Counted from the stretch's first letter, positions 1 to 8,518 are shown. The stretch: 10,356 nucleotides of DNA from Atribacterota bacterium (GCA_038203565.1 JBBRDV010000048.1:1-10356); one strand, 5' to 3'. Notes: generated from the letters alone by a model not told the origin. A program made the numbers and translations.

Positions 1-107
1 CGTTCCCCTCGAACAAAGTCGTGGGGATTCGATCGGTTGGGAAAGATAATTTTTACTCTTCCTTCCGAATCATACTGATAGATGGTGACATAGGCATCTT
101 TATCTTC
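1..107 (-). pseudogene. 5'-truncated DUF4384-like domain fragment running off the window edge
   Basis: Minus frame reads EDKDAYVTIYQYDSEGRVKIIFPNRSNPHDFVRGE, resembling the DUF4384 D-x-YV...D-xx-G-x-V-xx-(I/L)FPN pattern. It is preceded in frame by TGA TAG with no start codon. Confidence 0.5.
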
Positions 108-239
108 CTATCATTACATAAATATTAGCTTTAAATTATCCCTATATTTTAATTCTACATAAAAATTAAAAATAATAAAAAAGGTAAAACCACTTGATAA
201 GAAATTCCTGCCTTTTGATTTTCTTAGCTTCCATTGAAC

Positions 240-255
240 AGGTCTGACACTTTTC
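240..255. repeat. Possible REP-like motif (GTCTGACACTTTT)
   Basis: AGGTCTGACACTTTTC resembles GTCTGACAC-type motifs seen near REP-associated tyrosine transposases. Single copy, so weak support. Confidence 0.25.
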
Positions 256-319
256 TATAAGCTATGATATTAATTTCCGTACCAATATTATTAGAATCTA
301 ATCGATACGAAAAGTTAGT

Positions 320-348
320 AAAAATTAACAGATTATTGAGTTATCACA
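320..348 (-). repeat. 29-bp TGT-terminated repeat, copy 1 (IS481-like terminal repeat?)
   Basis: AAAAATTAACAGATTATTGAGTTATCACA is 23/29 identical to 6162-6190. Both are followed by ACC, and similarity extends about 10 nt leftwards. Confidence 0.6.
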
Positions 349-409
349 ACCAGACAATTTGTTATTTCTTTTCTCTGTAGTTCTTCCGGTAATAATATAA
401 CATCAAGTC

Positions 410-424
410 CTGTCACATGAATAT
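410..424 (-). repeat. Truncated GTGACAG REP-like motif downstream of the peptidase gene
   Basis: CTGTCACATGAATAT matches CTGTCACATTGAATAT at 6732-6747 with a 1-nt indel. The GTGACAG core begins 29 nt after the stop at 446. Confidence 0.45.
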
Positions 425-445
425 CCTCTATACCCTCAGTTTATT

Positions 446-1280
446 TTAATCAATATCCATGCTGAAGGTGTCGCCGCCGGCTATGGTGCCGTTGGTGAAA
501 CCCTTGTAGAACCACCGCTGCCTCTGCTCCGAGGTGCCGTGGGTGAAGCTGTCGGGCACCACATAGCCCTGAGACTGCTTCTGAAGCCTGTCATCTCCCA
601 CAGCACTGCAAGGCCTCCTCCAGGTCGCCCTCCTCCAGCAGATCAATCCGGTTGACGTAGTGAGCCCACACCCCTGCAAAGTAGTCGGCCTGCAGCTCCA
701 GCTTCACCATCAGCTTATTGTATTCCGTTTTAGACAGCTTTGGCCTCAGTTCACTTAGTTGGTCCATGATGCCCAGCAGCGCCTGGACATGGTGACCCAC
801 CTCGTGAGCCACCACATAGGCTATGGCGAAGTCGCCGGGAGCATGGTAATTTTTGCGAAGCTCATTGAAAAAGCTCAGATCTATGTACACCTTCTGGTCT
901 CCCGAGCAGTAGAAAGGACCAGATGATGAGCCGGACACGCCGCATGCGGAATCCACCCGGCCAGAAAAAAGGACCAGGGTGGGATAGTCGTATTGCCCGC
1001 CCTCCTCCTTGAAAAGCATGGTCCACACTTCCTCCGTCTCTGCCAAAACTACAGAGACAAACTCAGCCAGCTCCTCCTCTTCGGCGGTGGCCTGGTAAGA
1101 GGAGTCCACTTCTGTGTCTGTGTATTGCAGATTGTTGATAATATCCGCTGGATTGCCTCCAAAAAGGGTAAAAAGTAGTAGGACGATGATGGTGCCAATA
1201 CCGCCGACTACCATCTTGCCGGAAGTCATACCCCTCTTGTCCTCTACGTTGGAACTTTTTCTGCGTCCTTTCCAATCCAT
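446..1280 (-). pseudogene. ypfJ: YpfJ-family neutral zinc metallopeptidase, frameshifted near 608
   Basis: N-terminus MDWKGRRKSSNVEDKRG, GPFYC, HEVGH zinc motif and [12 protein letters not shown] lie in ORF 591-1280. The conserved C-terminus ([29 protein letters not shown]) is in another frame (ORF 446-679). RBS GAGGAGGG at 1287-1294. Visibly GC-richer than its flanks. Confidence 0.88.
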
Positions 1281-1332
1281 ATAAATCCCTCCTCTATATC
1301 ATTCTCTAATTGGAACTAAATTATCCAGCTTG

Positions 1333-1588
1333 TTATTTTAACCCCTTTTCCATCCGGTTGATAATGGAATTTACAGCTGTTTTGGCCACCGGACCTTTAG
1401 CCAGCTGTTTCGCCATAGACAAGCGATCATAGGTAGTTCTAAGATGTTGAAATTTATCTCCTTTAAATTCACCGTGAGGATTAAGCCAATCTGCATCCTC
1501 TGCAAAAAAACAAGCTTTTTTCTAGATCCTTTTTATTTAATGCATCTCTGAACTTCCGCATCATACTACTCAATTCTTCTTTGGACAT
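1333..1588 (-). pseudogene. SnoaL-like/NTF2-family protein, frameshifted and internally deleted
   Basis: RBS AGGAGG (1597-1602), then MSKEELSSMMRKFRDALNKKDLEKSL, a frameshift in the T7 run (1504-1510), then FFAEDADWLNPHGEFKG-DKFQHLRTTYDRLSMAKQLAKGPVAKTAVNSIINRMEKGLK*. The central beta-strands of the fold appear to be missing. Confidence 0.65.
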
Positions 1589-1648
1589 TTTCATCTCCTC
1601 CTTTATCAAGGTTTTGATTCTAAATAATAAATATATCATGGTACTTAT

Positions 1649-1676
1649 ATTTTATATGTACGACATATATCTTCAA
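1649..1676 (-). promoter_or_regulatory. Candidate sigma70 promoter with palindromic spacer, upstream of the SnoaL-like gene
   Basis: TTGAAG-N16-TAAAAT on the minus strand. The palindrome TATATGT-ACG-ACATATA (1653-1669) fills the spacer, like an operator. Confidence 0.35.
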
Positions 1677-1711
1677 AAATCCTTCTTTTACCTATAAAAA
1701 TTTACATAAAT

Positions 1712-1743
1712 AAAAAAGCCCTTCCGTAAAATGCCAAAGGGCT
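1712..1743 (-). terminator. Rho-independent terminator
   Basis: Minus strand AGCCCTT-13 nt-AAGGGCT followed by a T tract, downstream of lctP. Confidence 0.6.
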
Positions 1744-1807
1744 GGAATTGTCTTGGCTCCCCTTATTGGACACGTTCAGAACTTTTAAGGGAAATATTGC
1801 AACTGAA

Positions 1808-1945
1808 AAGATCAGGTCTTAAGTAGTAGTCTACCTTCTGATAATAGGTGTTATCTGCCTTGGCAGCATTTAGATTATGTAACATTTCTGATACCGGAGT
1901 AAATAACACTTTATAGCCTTTCATTAAAGCGTTAATAGCAATCGA
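1808..1945 (-). mobile_element. istB: IS21-family IstB ATPase internal fragment
   Basis: SIAINALMKGYKVLFTPVSEMLHNLNAAKADNTYYQKVDYYLRPDL matches the IstB segment between Walker A and Walker B. Both Walker motifs are absent. Confidence 0.72.
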
Positions 1946-1976
1946 CCCTTCTTTTTTAAACCTATTCTGATATTTT

Positions 1977-3644
1977 TTAAAATATATAGGGGAAAAATAG
2001 CGCCACAATGATCCAAGCTACAATCCCAACCAGTAATCCGTAAAGAATAGATATAAAGATATTTTTTCTGATAACCAAGCCTTCCTTCCCTATTAATCCT
2101 ACGGTGGTCAGAGCCGCAACTACACTATGGATACCTATCATATTAGCGGCAGCCCCGCCTACAGTCTGCAGGGCTAAAATCGGGATTACCGGTATTCCAG
2201 CCTCAGTAGCAGTACTAAGTTGAAATGGTCCGAACATAATATTTGAAACTGTGTTGCTACCAGCGATAAAAGCACCGAGCATTCCAACAAAAGGAGCAAC
2301 TAGATACCAGATTCCACCAGTCGCCCGTGCTGTCACTTTAGCTATAACTAATATCATTGAATCACTGCCAGCAGCACCTCCGGAGTTCATCATGATATAC
2401 ACCATACCCAGAGCAAACAGAAGAGCGATTGAAGCCGGTTTAATCATCTTGAAGGTATCCTTCCAGGCTTCGACAGCCATTTTCCCATCTAGTCCATGTA
2501 AAAAGGGGAGCAGTAAAGCAATGACTATAAATGGAATGATTCCCGGGTTATATAGCGGAATAATACCTCTACTAATACTGGTACCAAAAATATTATTCCA
2601 GGTAAGGTTCCAGGACTTCAATATAGGAGTCAACCCGATTATTTCCAGACGCCCAGCTAACAGGATCAGCCCGATTAGAATATAAGGCAGCCAAGCCTTA
2701 AAGTTACTAATTTCCCTTATACTGATATCTTCGCTTTGGCCAACTTTAATCTCACCCTCCCAGTTATTCTCCCATTTTTCATGTGATGGAAAATCCCACT
2801 TTTCTTTGGGAACAAGAAATCCCTTTGATACAGCAAAAATAAAGATAGCCAGAGCGATCAGCGAACCGAACAGACTTGGCAATTCAGGTCCGAAGAGATT
2901 TGCAATCAACATTTCAAAAAAGGTAAAAATGAAACCTCCAAAAATAGCCAACGGCCATATAGCTAGACCCTTCTTGAAAGAACCTTCTGCAATTTTTGTC
3001 ATCATTAAGACAATTACCAGTGGGATAAACATCCCCACCAAGAAATGCAACAGACCAGCAAAAGCACCGATAATATTTAGAAATTCGTTAAATTCCATAA
3101 CCCTGCCGTCACTGTAAACCGGCAAAGTAATCATCGTTTTCAGAGCAGCAAACCCTCCCCATATCGGTACACCAACTGCCCCAAAAGAAACTGGAGCACT
3201 GTTCGCAATTAAAGCTGAAATAACCGCGATTAGAGGTGGAAATCCGAGACCTACTAAAAGAGGGGCAGTAATGGCAGCAGGTGTACCAAAACCGGCTGCT
3301 CCTTCAAAAAACGCTCCCATCAACCAAGCAATAATGATGACCTGCACTCTTCTATCCACAGAGATTAAGGCCATGGAACGAGAGATAACCTTGATTCCTC
3401 CACTTTTTTTCATTAATTGCAGTGTTAAGAGAGCGCCAAAAATAATTATTAAAATATCCAGCGCATTAATTGCTCCACCGATAGTAGCTGCGGCTATCCA
3501 TTTGAAGGGCATCTTCCAACCTATGGCAGCAATAATAAAGGCTGTTATCCAACCCAATGGCATTGCCTTACTGGAAGGCCACATAAAACCAATGATCAAA
3601 ACACCTACCACAATAATCGGCAAAGCAGCACCTAAAGCTATCAT
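1977..3644 (-). CDS. lctP: L-lactate permease (LctP family)
   Basis: 555-aa polytopic membrane protein with [38 protein letters not shown] and [13 protein letters not shown] motifs. RBS AAGGAG upstream. Confidence 0.93.
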   Translation of the reverse strand: MIALGAALPIIVVGVLIIGFMWPSSKAMPLGWITAFIIAAIGWKMPFKWIAAATIGGAINALDILIIIFGALLTLQLMKKSGGIKVISRSMALISVDRRVQVIIIAWLMGAFFEGAAGFGTPAAITAPLLVGLGFPPLIAVISALIANSAPVSFGAVGVPIWGGFAALKTMITLPVYSDGRVMEFNEFLNIIGAFAGLLHFLVGMFIPLVIVLMMTKIAEGSFKKGLAIWPLAIFGGFIFTFFEMLIANLFGPELPSLFGSLIALAIFIFAVSKGFLVPKEKWDFPSHEKWENNWEGEIKVGQSEDISIREISNFKAWLPYILIGLILLAGRLEIIGLTPILKSWNLTWNNIFGTSISRGIIPLYNPGIIPFIVIALLLPFLHGLDGKMAVEAWKDTFKMIKPASIALLFALGMVYIMMNSGGAAGSDSMILVIAKVTARATGGIWYLVAPFVGMLGAFIAGSNTVSNIMFGPFQLSTATEAGIPVIPILALQTVGGAAANMIGIHSVVAALTTVGLIGKEGLVIRKNIFISILYGLLVGIVAWIIVALFFPYIF

Positions 3645-3830
3645 ATTTCTTCTCCTTCTAAACTTATATTAAAAGTATACATAACCCCGCTGTAACCTCA
3701 ATAAATGACCATTCTTTTTAAACCACTCCTGATAAAGAATTCTTGGGATCTATAATTTAAAAAAGCATTTCATAACTATAGAATAATCTAAAAACATCAG
3801 GATAGTCAAATGACTTTTTTTATGCCAGGC

Positions 3831-3920
3831 CTAACCGATATCTACAAGACGATTCCCGGAGTTGCTACCAAACTGGTCAGCAGGTTTATGGGAGAGATCG
3901 GAGATATTAATTGCTTCCCT
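3831..3920 (+). mobile_element. IS110-family transposase fragment
   Basis: YKTIPGVATKLVSRFMGEIGDINCF matches the TIPG(V/I)G...EIGDI-x-RF motif of the IS110/IS116 C-terminal domain. The rest of the gene is absent. Confidence 0.72.
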
Positions 3921-3969
3921 TTTTTAATCGCTCTGCCTAAATTTTACACTATTTTCTTTTTAATATATC

Positions 3970-3998
3970 TTGATAAAATTCTCTTAATAGCGTACTAT
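3970..3998 (+). promoter_or_regulatory. Candidate sigma70 promoter for the MFS gene
   Basis: TTGATA-N17-TACTAT. The AT-rich background lowers specificity. Confidence 0.3.
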
Positions 3999-4146
3999 TT
4001 ATTCTAAGCATCTTTAATTACCTCTTTAATCATGTCGGCATTTGTTTTTTATCATGGAGGTTCTTGATACCTCATTGATATTTTTTAAATAAATTTTATA
4101 GAAAATATACACAGAGCTATATTAAATGGTTTTAAGGAAAAATTAA

Positions 4147-5346
4147 ATGGAAACCTGGAAGAAGAATCTTTATGTAGTATTCTTTGCTGAAATGATCGCT
4201 ATTACCGGCATAAATTTTGTAATTCCCTTTTTACCTTTTTATATAAAAGAACTAGGAATTTCGGGCACGGAACAAGTAGCCCACTGGTCAAGCTGGCTAA
4301 TGGGAGCTCCGGCATTGGCAATGATTATCGTGTCTCCCATCTGGGGTTCTCTATCAGATCGTGTGGGACGAAAACCAATGATAGAGCGAGCTATGTTCGG
4401 AAGTGCAATTTCAATATTTCTGATGGCTTGGGCAAGTAATGTCTATCAATTGTTAATTTTGCGTTTAATTCAAGGTGCTTTAACCGGCACGGTTGCTGCT
4501 TGTACTGCTTTGATATCTGCAAGTTCGCCTTCAAAAAAAATGGGATATAGCCTGGGATTAGTACAAACCGGAATTTTTTTAGGTAATTTTTTGGGACCCT
4601 TGTTGGGGGGTGTTTCAGCCGATATTTTAGGTTTTCGAAATTCGTTTCGAATTACTGGTATTTTACTATTTATTGCTGGATGGTTAATCTTTTTCTTGGT
4701 AGAAGAAAAATTTATACCTTCAACTAAAAAGAAAGAGGTAGTTCTCTTTAAAAAAAGAATGGCTTTATTTTTAAATAATCAGCAACTATTTATCATGTTG
4801 TTCATTTTATTTTTAGTTCAATTTTCAGTAATGATCATTAATCCTTTTTTTGCTTTGTTTATGGAAACTATCATAACCAATCCAAAAACCATTTCCACCT
4901 TTACCGGATTAATGCTTGCTATAACTGGTTTAATCAGTGCTTTTTCTTCGGTAAATATAGGTAAATTAAATGAAAAAATGCCGAGTAAATTGCTTTTGAC
5001 GGTATGCCTTTTAGGAACTGGTTTTTTCTTTTTACCCCAAGGTTTCGTTACCAATGTCACTCAATTGATCTTATTGAGGGTTGGTTTGGGTTTTTTTTAT
5101 GGAGGTATAATCCCAACCGCCAATACAATTATTAGCCTGTCAACTCCTCCTCAAGATCGGGGTAAAGTTTTTGGGATTGCAAACAGTACCACCTTTTTAG
5201 GTAATATTTTTGGTCCTATTGCTGGTGGATTTATTATTACCACCTTTAATTTAACCACTATTTTTGTGTTTACGGGAGGCATTTTATTATTAGCAGGACT
5301 TGCTTTGCCTGCAATGATTAAAAAATCTGAGAAAATAAAAACCTAA
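4147..5346 (+). CDS. MFS transporter, DHA1/MdtG-like multidrug efflux protein
   Basis: 399 aa with about 12 TM segments, N-terminal WKKNLY...PFLPFYIKELG, motif A (WGSLSDRVGRKPM), and GPLLGG / GNIFGPIAGG motifs. RBS AAGGA. Confidence 0.9.
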   Translation: METWKKNLYVVFFAEMIAITGINFVIPFLPFYIKELGISGTEQVAHWSSWLMGAPALAMIIVSPIWGSLSDRVGRKPMIERAMFGSAISIFLMAWASNVYQLLILRLIQGALTGTVAACTALISASSPSKKMGYSLGLVQTGIFLGNFLGPLLGGVSADILGFRNSFRITGILLFIAGWLIFFLVEEKFIPSTKKKEVVLFKKRMALFLNNQQLFIMLFILFLVQFSVMIINPFFALFMETIITNPKTISTFTGLMLAITGLISAFSSVNIGKLNEKMPSKLLLTVCLLGTGFFFLPQGFVTNVTQLILLRVGLGFFYGGIIPTANTIISLSTPPQDRGKVFGIANSTTFLGNIFGPIAGGFIITTFNLTTIFVFTGGILLLAGLALPAMIKKSEKIKT

Positions 5347-5363
5347 GATAGAACTGGTAAGTA

Positions 5364-5376
5364 GGGGCAGAGAACC
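5364..5376 (+). repeat. CAGAGAACC REP-like motif
   Basis: GGGGCAGAGAACC lies 17 nt after the MFS stop and shares its core with 6723-6738 and 6285-6301. Confidence 0.4.
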
Positions 5377-5559
5377 TTTAGGACGCCATTTATAGTAATG
5401 CCTAAAACCATAACCATCTGGGCAAGAAACTCCTCAGATCCTATAGGTTTTCCCCTAAGCTAAAAGTTGCCTAATTATTGACCTGGTACACCTGCCCTAT
5501 TTATTTAATTTAAAGGTAAAATATTAATTGTCTAAAAAAAATGGGATGTATCTCTATTT
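5374..5559 (-). mobile_element. Non-autonomous composite element, copy A (empty): RAYT-like 3' end + 29-bp repeat + GGGATGTATCTC end
   Basis: Colinear homolog of 8469-8518 joined to 8880-8979. Minus strand encodes RGKPIGSEEFLAQMVMVLGITIN/RPKG, like the C-terminus of REP-associated tyrosine transposases. It ends in AAAATGGGATGTATCTCT (5538-5555), abutting the GerMN stop. Confidence 0.7.
5462..5490 (-). repeat. 29-bp TGT-terminated repeat, copy 2
   Basis: AAAAGTTGCCTAATTATTGACCTGGTACA is 25/29 identical to 8887-8915 and 24/29 to 6162-6190. Confidence 0.75.
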
Positions 5560-6125
5560 TAATTTAGAGGTTCAAATGGGGTTTCGTCACAGAAGTCATT
5601 CTCTTCATAGCAACCTATTTGCATCCATTCATAAAAAGTTGCTGGTTTACCCTCAATAGCGAATATGACTTTATCTACGGTAGGAAATTGCTGAAGTGTG
5701 GCTTCAACTTCGGCAAAAAATTCAGCACTTCCACAACTGCTACTAGCATTGGGAATCATTGGACGGAGGTCTTTTAAATCAACATAGGCAGTACCATTCT
5801 TAACTTTTACACTTTTAAGAATATCCTGGGTCTCTTTAGAAAACCAAGAGGTATAGCCTTGAGATTTTTCCTCCGGAGTTGGCCCCTTAAATAACTCCTT
5901 TAGGGCGGCTTTTGCCACCTCAACAGTTTTTGGAATAATTCTATTTAATGAATAAACTTTACTGCAGTCTTCTAAGTTTGGATTAAAATTGATATTGTTG
6001 AAATAAACTTTAATGGTCATTGTTTCTGATTCTAGTGGTTCTAGCTTTAAAGATGGAAAGGTAGCATAACCAATCCCTATAATCACCACTATAACAATAA
6101 CCATTAAAATGATTTTTTTAAGCAT
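5559..6125 (-). CDS. GerMN domain-containing exported or membrane-anchored protein
   Basis: N-terminal hydrophobic anchor, then AALKELFKGPT, VKNGTAYVDL, and VEATLQQFPTVDKVIFAIEG, typical of GerMN. Confidence 0.85.
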   Translation of the reverse strand: MLKKIILMVIVIVVIIGIGYATFPSLKLEPLESETMTIKVYFNNINFNPNLEDCSKVYSLNRIIPKTVEVAKAALKELFKGPTPEEKSQGYTSWFSKETQDILKSVKVKNGTAYVDLKDLRPMIPNASSSCGSAEFFAEVEATLQQFPTVDKVIFAIEGKPATFYEWMQIGCYEENDFCDETPFEPLN

Positions 6126-6161
6126 AAAGTTATATAATCAAATCCCTTATAAAAAATTAGA

Positions 6162-6190
6162 AAAAGTTACCGAATTATTGAGCTATTACA
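6162..6190 (-). repeat. 29-bp TGT-terminated repeat, copy 3
   Basis: AAAAGTTACCGAATTATTGAGCTATTACA is 25/29 identical to 8887-8915. Confidence 0.75.
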
Positions 6191-6284
6191 ACCGCCTCGT
6201 TTCTCAATATACCCCTTGTAGGCTCCACTGAAAACCAAATAATTGTTTTAAATATTCCAAAAATATAAAACAAGTTCATTGAGA

Positions 6285-6301
6285 GGGAAGTTCTCTGTAC
6301 C
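6285..6301 (-). repeat. GACAGAGAACCGTCCC-like REP motif variant
   Basis: Minus strand GGTACAGAGAACTTCCC begins 5 nt after the stop at 6307. Confidence 0.5.
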
Positions 6302-6306
6302 ATTTT

Positions 6307-6510
6307 TTATATCTCTACTTTTGGGATTTCAAAATCCTCTCCATTTAATTTTGAAATACACTCTAGAACTACGCCGTGGGGACCTACTTCCATATAACAT
6401 TCTTTCCCTACTAATTCTAAAGATTCCAATAAATCCGGGTCATATCCTATCTTTTCTTCAACTGCTAAATGAAATCTTATATTAACTAACTTTCCTCCAA
6501 AACCTTCATT
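6307..6510 (-). pseudogene. C-terminal fragment of an unidentified protein
   Basis: Open frame NEGFGGKLVNIRFHLAVEEKIGYDPDLLESLELVGKECYMEVGPHGVVLECISKLNGEDFEIPKVEI* with protein-like composition and no upstream start. Confidence 0.45.
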
Positions 6511-6581
6511 GGTTTATTTAATGGAAATTTTACCGAACCTTTTGCTCCCTCATAAGCAGATAATTCTTTTTTGAATACCTC
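6507..6581 (-). pseudogene. DUF1801 (YdhG-like) protein fragment
   Basis: EVFKKELSAYEGAKGSVKFPLNKPM matches the conserved KG(S/T)VxFPLxxP segment near the C-terminus of DUF1801 proteins. Confidence 0.65.
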
Positions 6582-6723
6582 TGGGAAACTTACGATGATT
6601 TAATTTCTATATTTACCTTCTATATATCACATAAATCCACCTTCTTCTCTTGATTTATATAGTCATATTATATCATCTTTGTGGATTTATATTAAGCTAA
6701 AATATTACTTTTCACACAGTCTG
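6579..6723 (-). mobile_element. IS1182-family left end with decayed transposase N-terminus
   Basis: Terminal repeat CAGACTGTGTGAAAAGT (6707-6723), RBS GAAGGTGG, then ATG at 6632: M*YIEGKYRN*IIVSFPE, similar to the MRYIEG..RNQI.LFPE start of IS1182 transposases, with two nonsense codons. Confidence 0.68.
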
Positions 6724-6747
6724 ACGGTTCTCTGTCACATTGAATAT
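6723..6747 (-). repeat. GTGACAGAGAACCGTC REP-like motif, cut by the IS1182 end
   Basis: GACGGTTCTCTGTCAC at 6723-6738 directly abuts or overlaps the IS1182 terminal repeat. Confidence 0.6.
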
Positions 6748-6973
6748 TACAAATGTATGAACTTTTTTTTTGGAAAATCCCAAAAAAATCCCAAAAAAAA
6801 TGAAAGAAGGGGGGGGTGATATACTATAAAATAGGGTTTTGCAAAAAATAAACTATTGCGAGCAATGAAAGAAAAATGAGATTTCTTTAATTATATTTAG
6901 TTTTCGGAGACGTCTATATACTAAATAAATCTCAAAGTAAATCTTATTAAAAAAATATCTAATAAGTAAAAGA

Positions 6974-7045
6974 GATGAGCCCACGGCGGCCCTGGGTGTG
7001 GCGGCCATTAGCAAGGTACTCGATTTGGTGCGGGAGCTCAAGGCA
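6974..7045 (+). pseudogene. Sugar ABC transporter ATP-binding protein fragment
   Basis: DEPTAALGVAAISKVLDLVRELKA is the Walker B/D-loop region. GC content rises abruptly at about 6974. Confidence 0.75.
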
Positions 7046-7725
7046 CGCAGTATTGGCGGTTGGTATGACCCTGGTCATTATCATTCGGCATATAGATCTG
7101 TCGGTTGGTTATCTCTCAGGCTTCCTCGGCGCGGTTGCGGCAACCGCTATGGTATCCTGGCATCAGTCTGTATATGTGAGTATACCGATTACCGTGGCAC
7201 TCGGAATTCTGGCTGGAATTTTTACCGCCTTCCTGGTAGCGCAGATGAAAATTCCAGCTTTTGTGGCAACACTTGCCGGATGGTTAGGTTACAGAGGAGC
7301 ACTGCAACTTACCACGATGAGCAAAGGCACGATAGTTATCCCGAATGCCACTTTTAACGCCATAGGAAACGGCTATATTCCAGACATTCCCGATATTGGA
7401 ATTTTACCCGGAGTACATAAGTTAACCCTTATCCTCGGGATTCTGGTCATTCTATTTTTCATCATCAACACGATGAATAATCATAGAAAGATGCGGGCCT
7501 ACAACTTTAAAGTATTGCCGCTATATTTATTCATCATTGAATTGGTATTCGTGTCGGCTTTAGTCGGGGGTATCACCTGGGTGCTCGCAGGATACAAAGG
7601 CCTCTCCTGGACTGCGGTGTTCGTATTGCCGGTGGCGTCGGCAAGGTTACAGGATCTATCATCGGTGCGTTGGTTATGATGTCACTAACCAGCGGCATGA
7701 ACCTTATGGGTATCGATATATCCTA
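7046..7725 (+). pseudogene. Monosaccharide ABC permease (XylH/GguB-like), truncated at both ends and internally deleted
   Basis: AVLAVGMTLVIIIRHIDLSVG...KIPAFVATLAGWL.YRG...GYKGLSWT, then a frame change near 7627 straight to the late motif AGGVGKVTGSIIGALVMMSLTSGMNLMGIDISY, which is cut by the convergent gene. Confidence 0.82.
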
Positions 7726-8412
7726 CTTATTCCAAGGAATTGACCGGTAATCTTGAATGTCTAAAAACCAATGTGGCCAAAAACCTTCTTTTAAAATCAC
7801 GCGACTTTTTGTTATTTCTATCTCTCCCTTTTTAAATATAGGACCACCAATGACAAAAGTGTGAAATTCACCATTTTCGCCACAAGGACAAATATTTCTT
7901 TTTTTAAGCTCTTCTAAAAGTTGTTGATCTACTTCTCGACCAATAAAATCTTTGCCAAACAACTCTGCCTTAGCACTAACTACCATTGCTTTGAAACCTA
8001 AACAGATAAATTCTTCCATAATTTTCTCTGGCGTTGTTTGCCACAAAGGTTCTATCATCTTTATTTTTAAATCTCGACAAACTCTTCCCACCCAATTTTT
8101 ATGCTCTGTTAAATAAATATCTCCAAAAACTATACCTTTGGCCCCTTTTGTTTTCAAGTAGATTACTGCCTCCTTAAACTCCTTTTCATAAAGCTCCATA
8201 TTTATGCTCACTTCTTTTTGAAACAAAGGAACACCAATCAGGTTTGCTTGTAAATTAATCAATTCTTTCCGAATGCCATGAAAACAACATCTTTGATATT
8301 CTTTCGAAATTAAATTTAAAAGAAATCCTATTTGGTAGCCTTTACCCATTGCTTTATAACAAGCCAAACAGCTATCTTTGCCTCCACTCCATGAGACAAT
8401 AACTTCTTTCAT
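7723..8412 (-). CDS. Diphthine-ammonia ligase-like PP-loop ATPase (Dph6/MJ0570 family)
   Basis: SWSGGKDS PP-loop, VFGDIYL..H..W, EPLW and ICPCGENGEFHTFV..GP.F motifs. Family start is MKEVIVSWSGG at 8412; the upstream MGCVPI extension derives from the repeat. Confidence 0.9.
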   Translation of the reverse strand: MKEVIVSWSGGKDSCLACYKAMGKGYQIGFLLNLISKEYQRCCFHGIRKELINLQANLIGVPLFQKEVSINMELYEKEFKEAVIYLKTKGAKGIVFGDIYLTEHKNWVGRVCRDLKIKMIEPLWQTTPEKIMEEFICLGFKAMVVSAKAELFGKDFIGREVDQQLLEELKKRNICPCGENGEFHTFVIGGPIFKKGEIEITKSRVILKEGFWPHWFLDIQDYRSIPWNK

Positions 8413-8518
8413 ATTTTGCGGGTTATTTAAAATAGGGACACATCCCATTTTTTCTATGGTTAATTTTCCCTAAGGCCTCAACCATCCGGTTAAGAACTCC
8501 TCACACTCCCCATAGGTT

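Noticed and set aside
5..26. CCCC-TCGA...TCGT-GGGG hairpin resembling an IS200/IS605 end
   Set aside because: Lies within the DUF4384-like coding frame (NPHDFVRG), is imperfect and single-copy; likely coincidence.
446..679. 77-aa ORF as an independent gene
   Set aside because: Its meaningful part is the out-of-frame C-terminus of the YpfJ peptidase.
993..1275. ORFs 993-1178 (+) and 1063-1275 (-)
   Set aside because: Shadow or alternate frames of the peptidase gene.
1333..1420. MAKQLAKGPVAKTAVN as an enoyl-CoA hydratase C-terminus
   Set aside because: It is continuous in frame with the SnoaL-like FFAEDADW region and is better explained as that protein's tail.
1763..2008. 81-aa ORF as a real gene
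   Set aside because: Its start overlaps the lctP 3' end, and only the central part is an IstB remnant.
2251..3672. Plus-strand ORFs 2251-2685, 2806-3117 and 3271-3672
   Set aside because: Antisense shadows of the lactate permease.
4818..5060. 80-aa minus ORF
   Set aside because: Antisense shadow of the MFS gene.
6279..6485. 68-aa plus ORF
   Set aside because: Antisense to a more protein-like minus-strand fragment; TTG start and no RBS.
6853..7357. ORFs 6853-7041 (-) and 6998-7357 (+)
   Set aside because: Shadow or chimeric frames; only the first residues of 6998-7357 belong to the ABC ATPase fragment.
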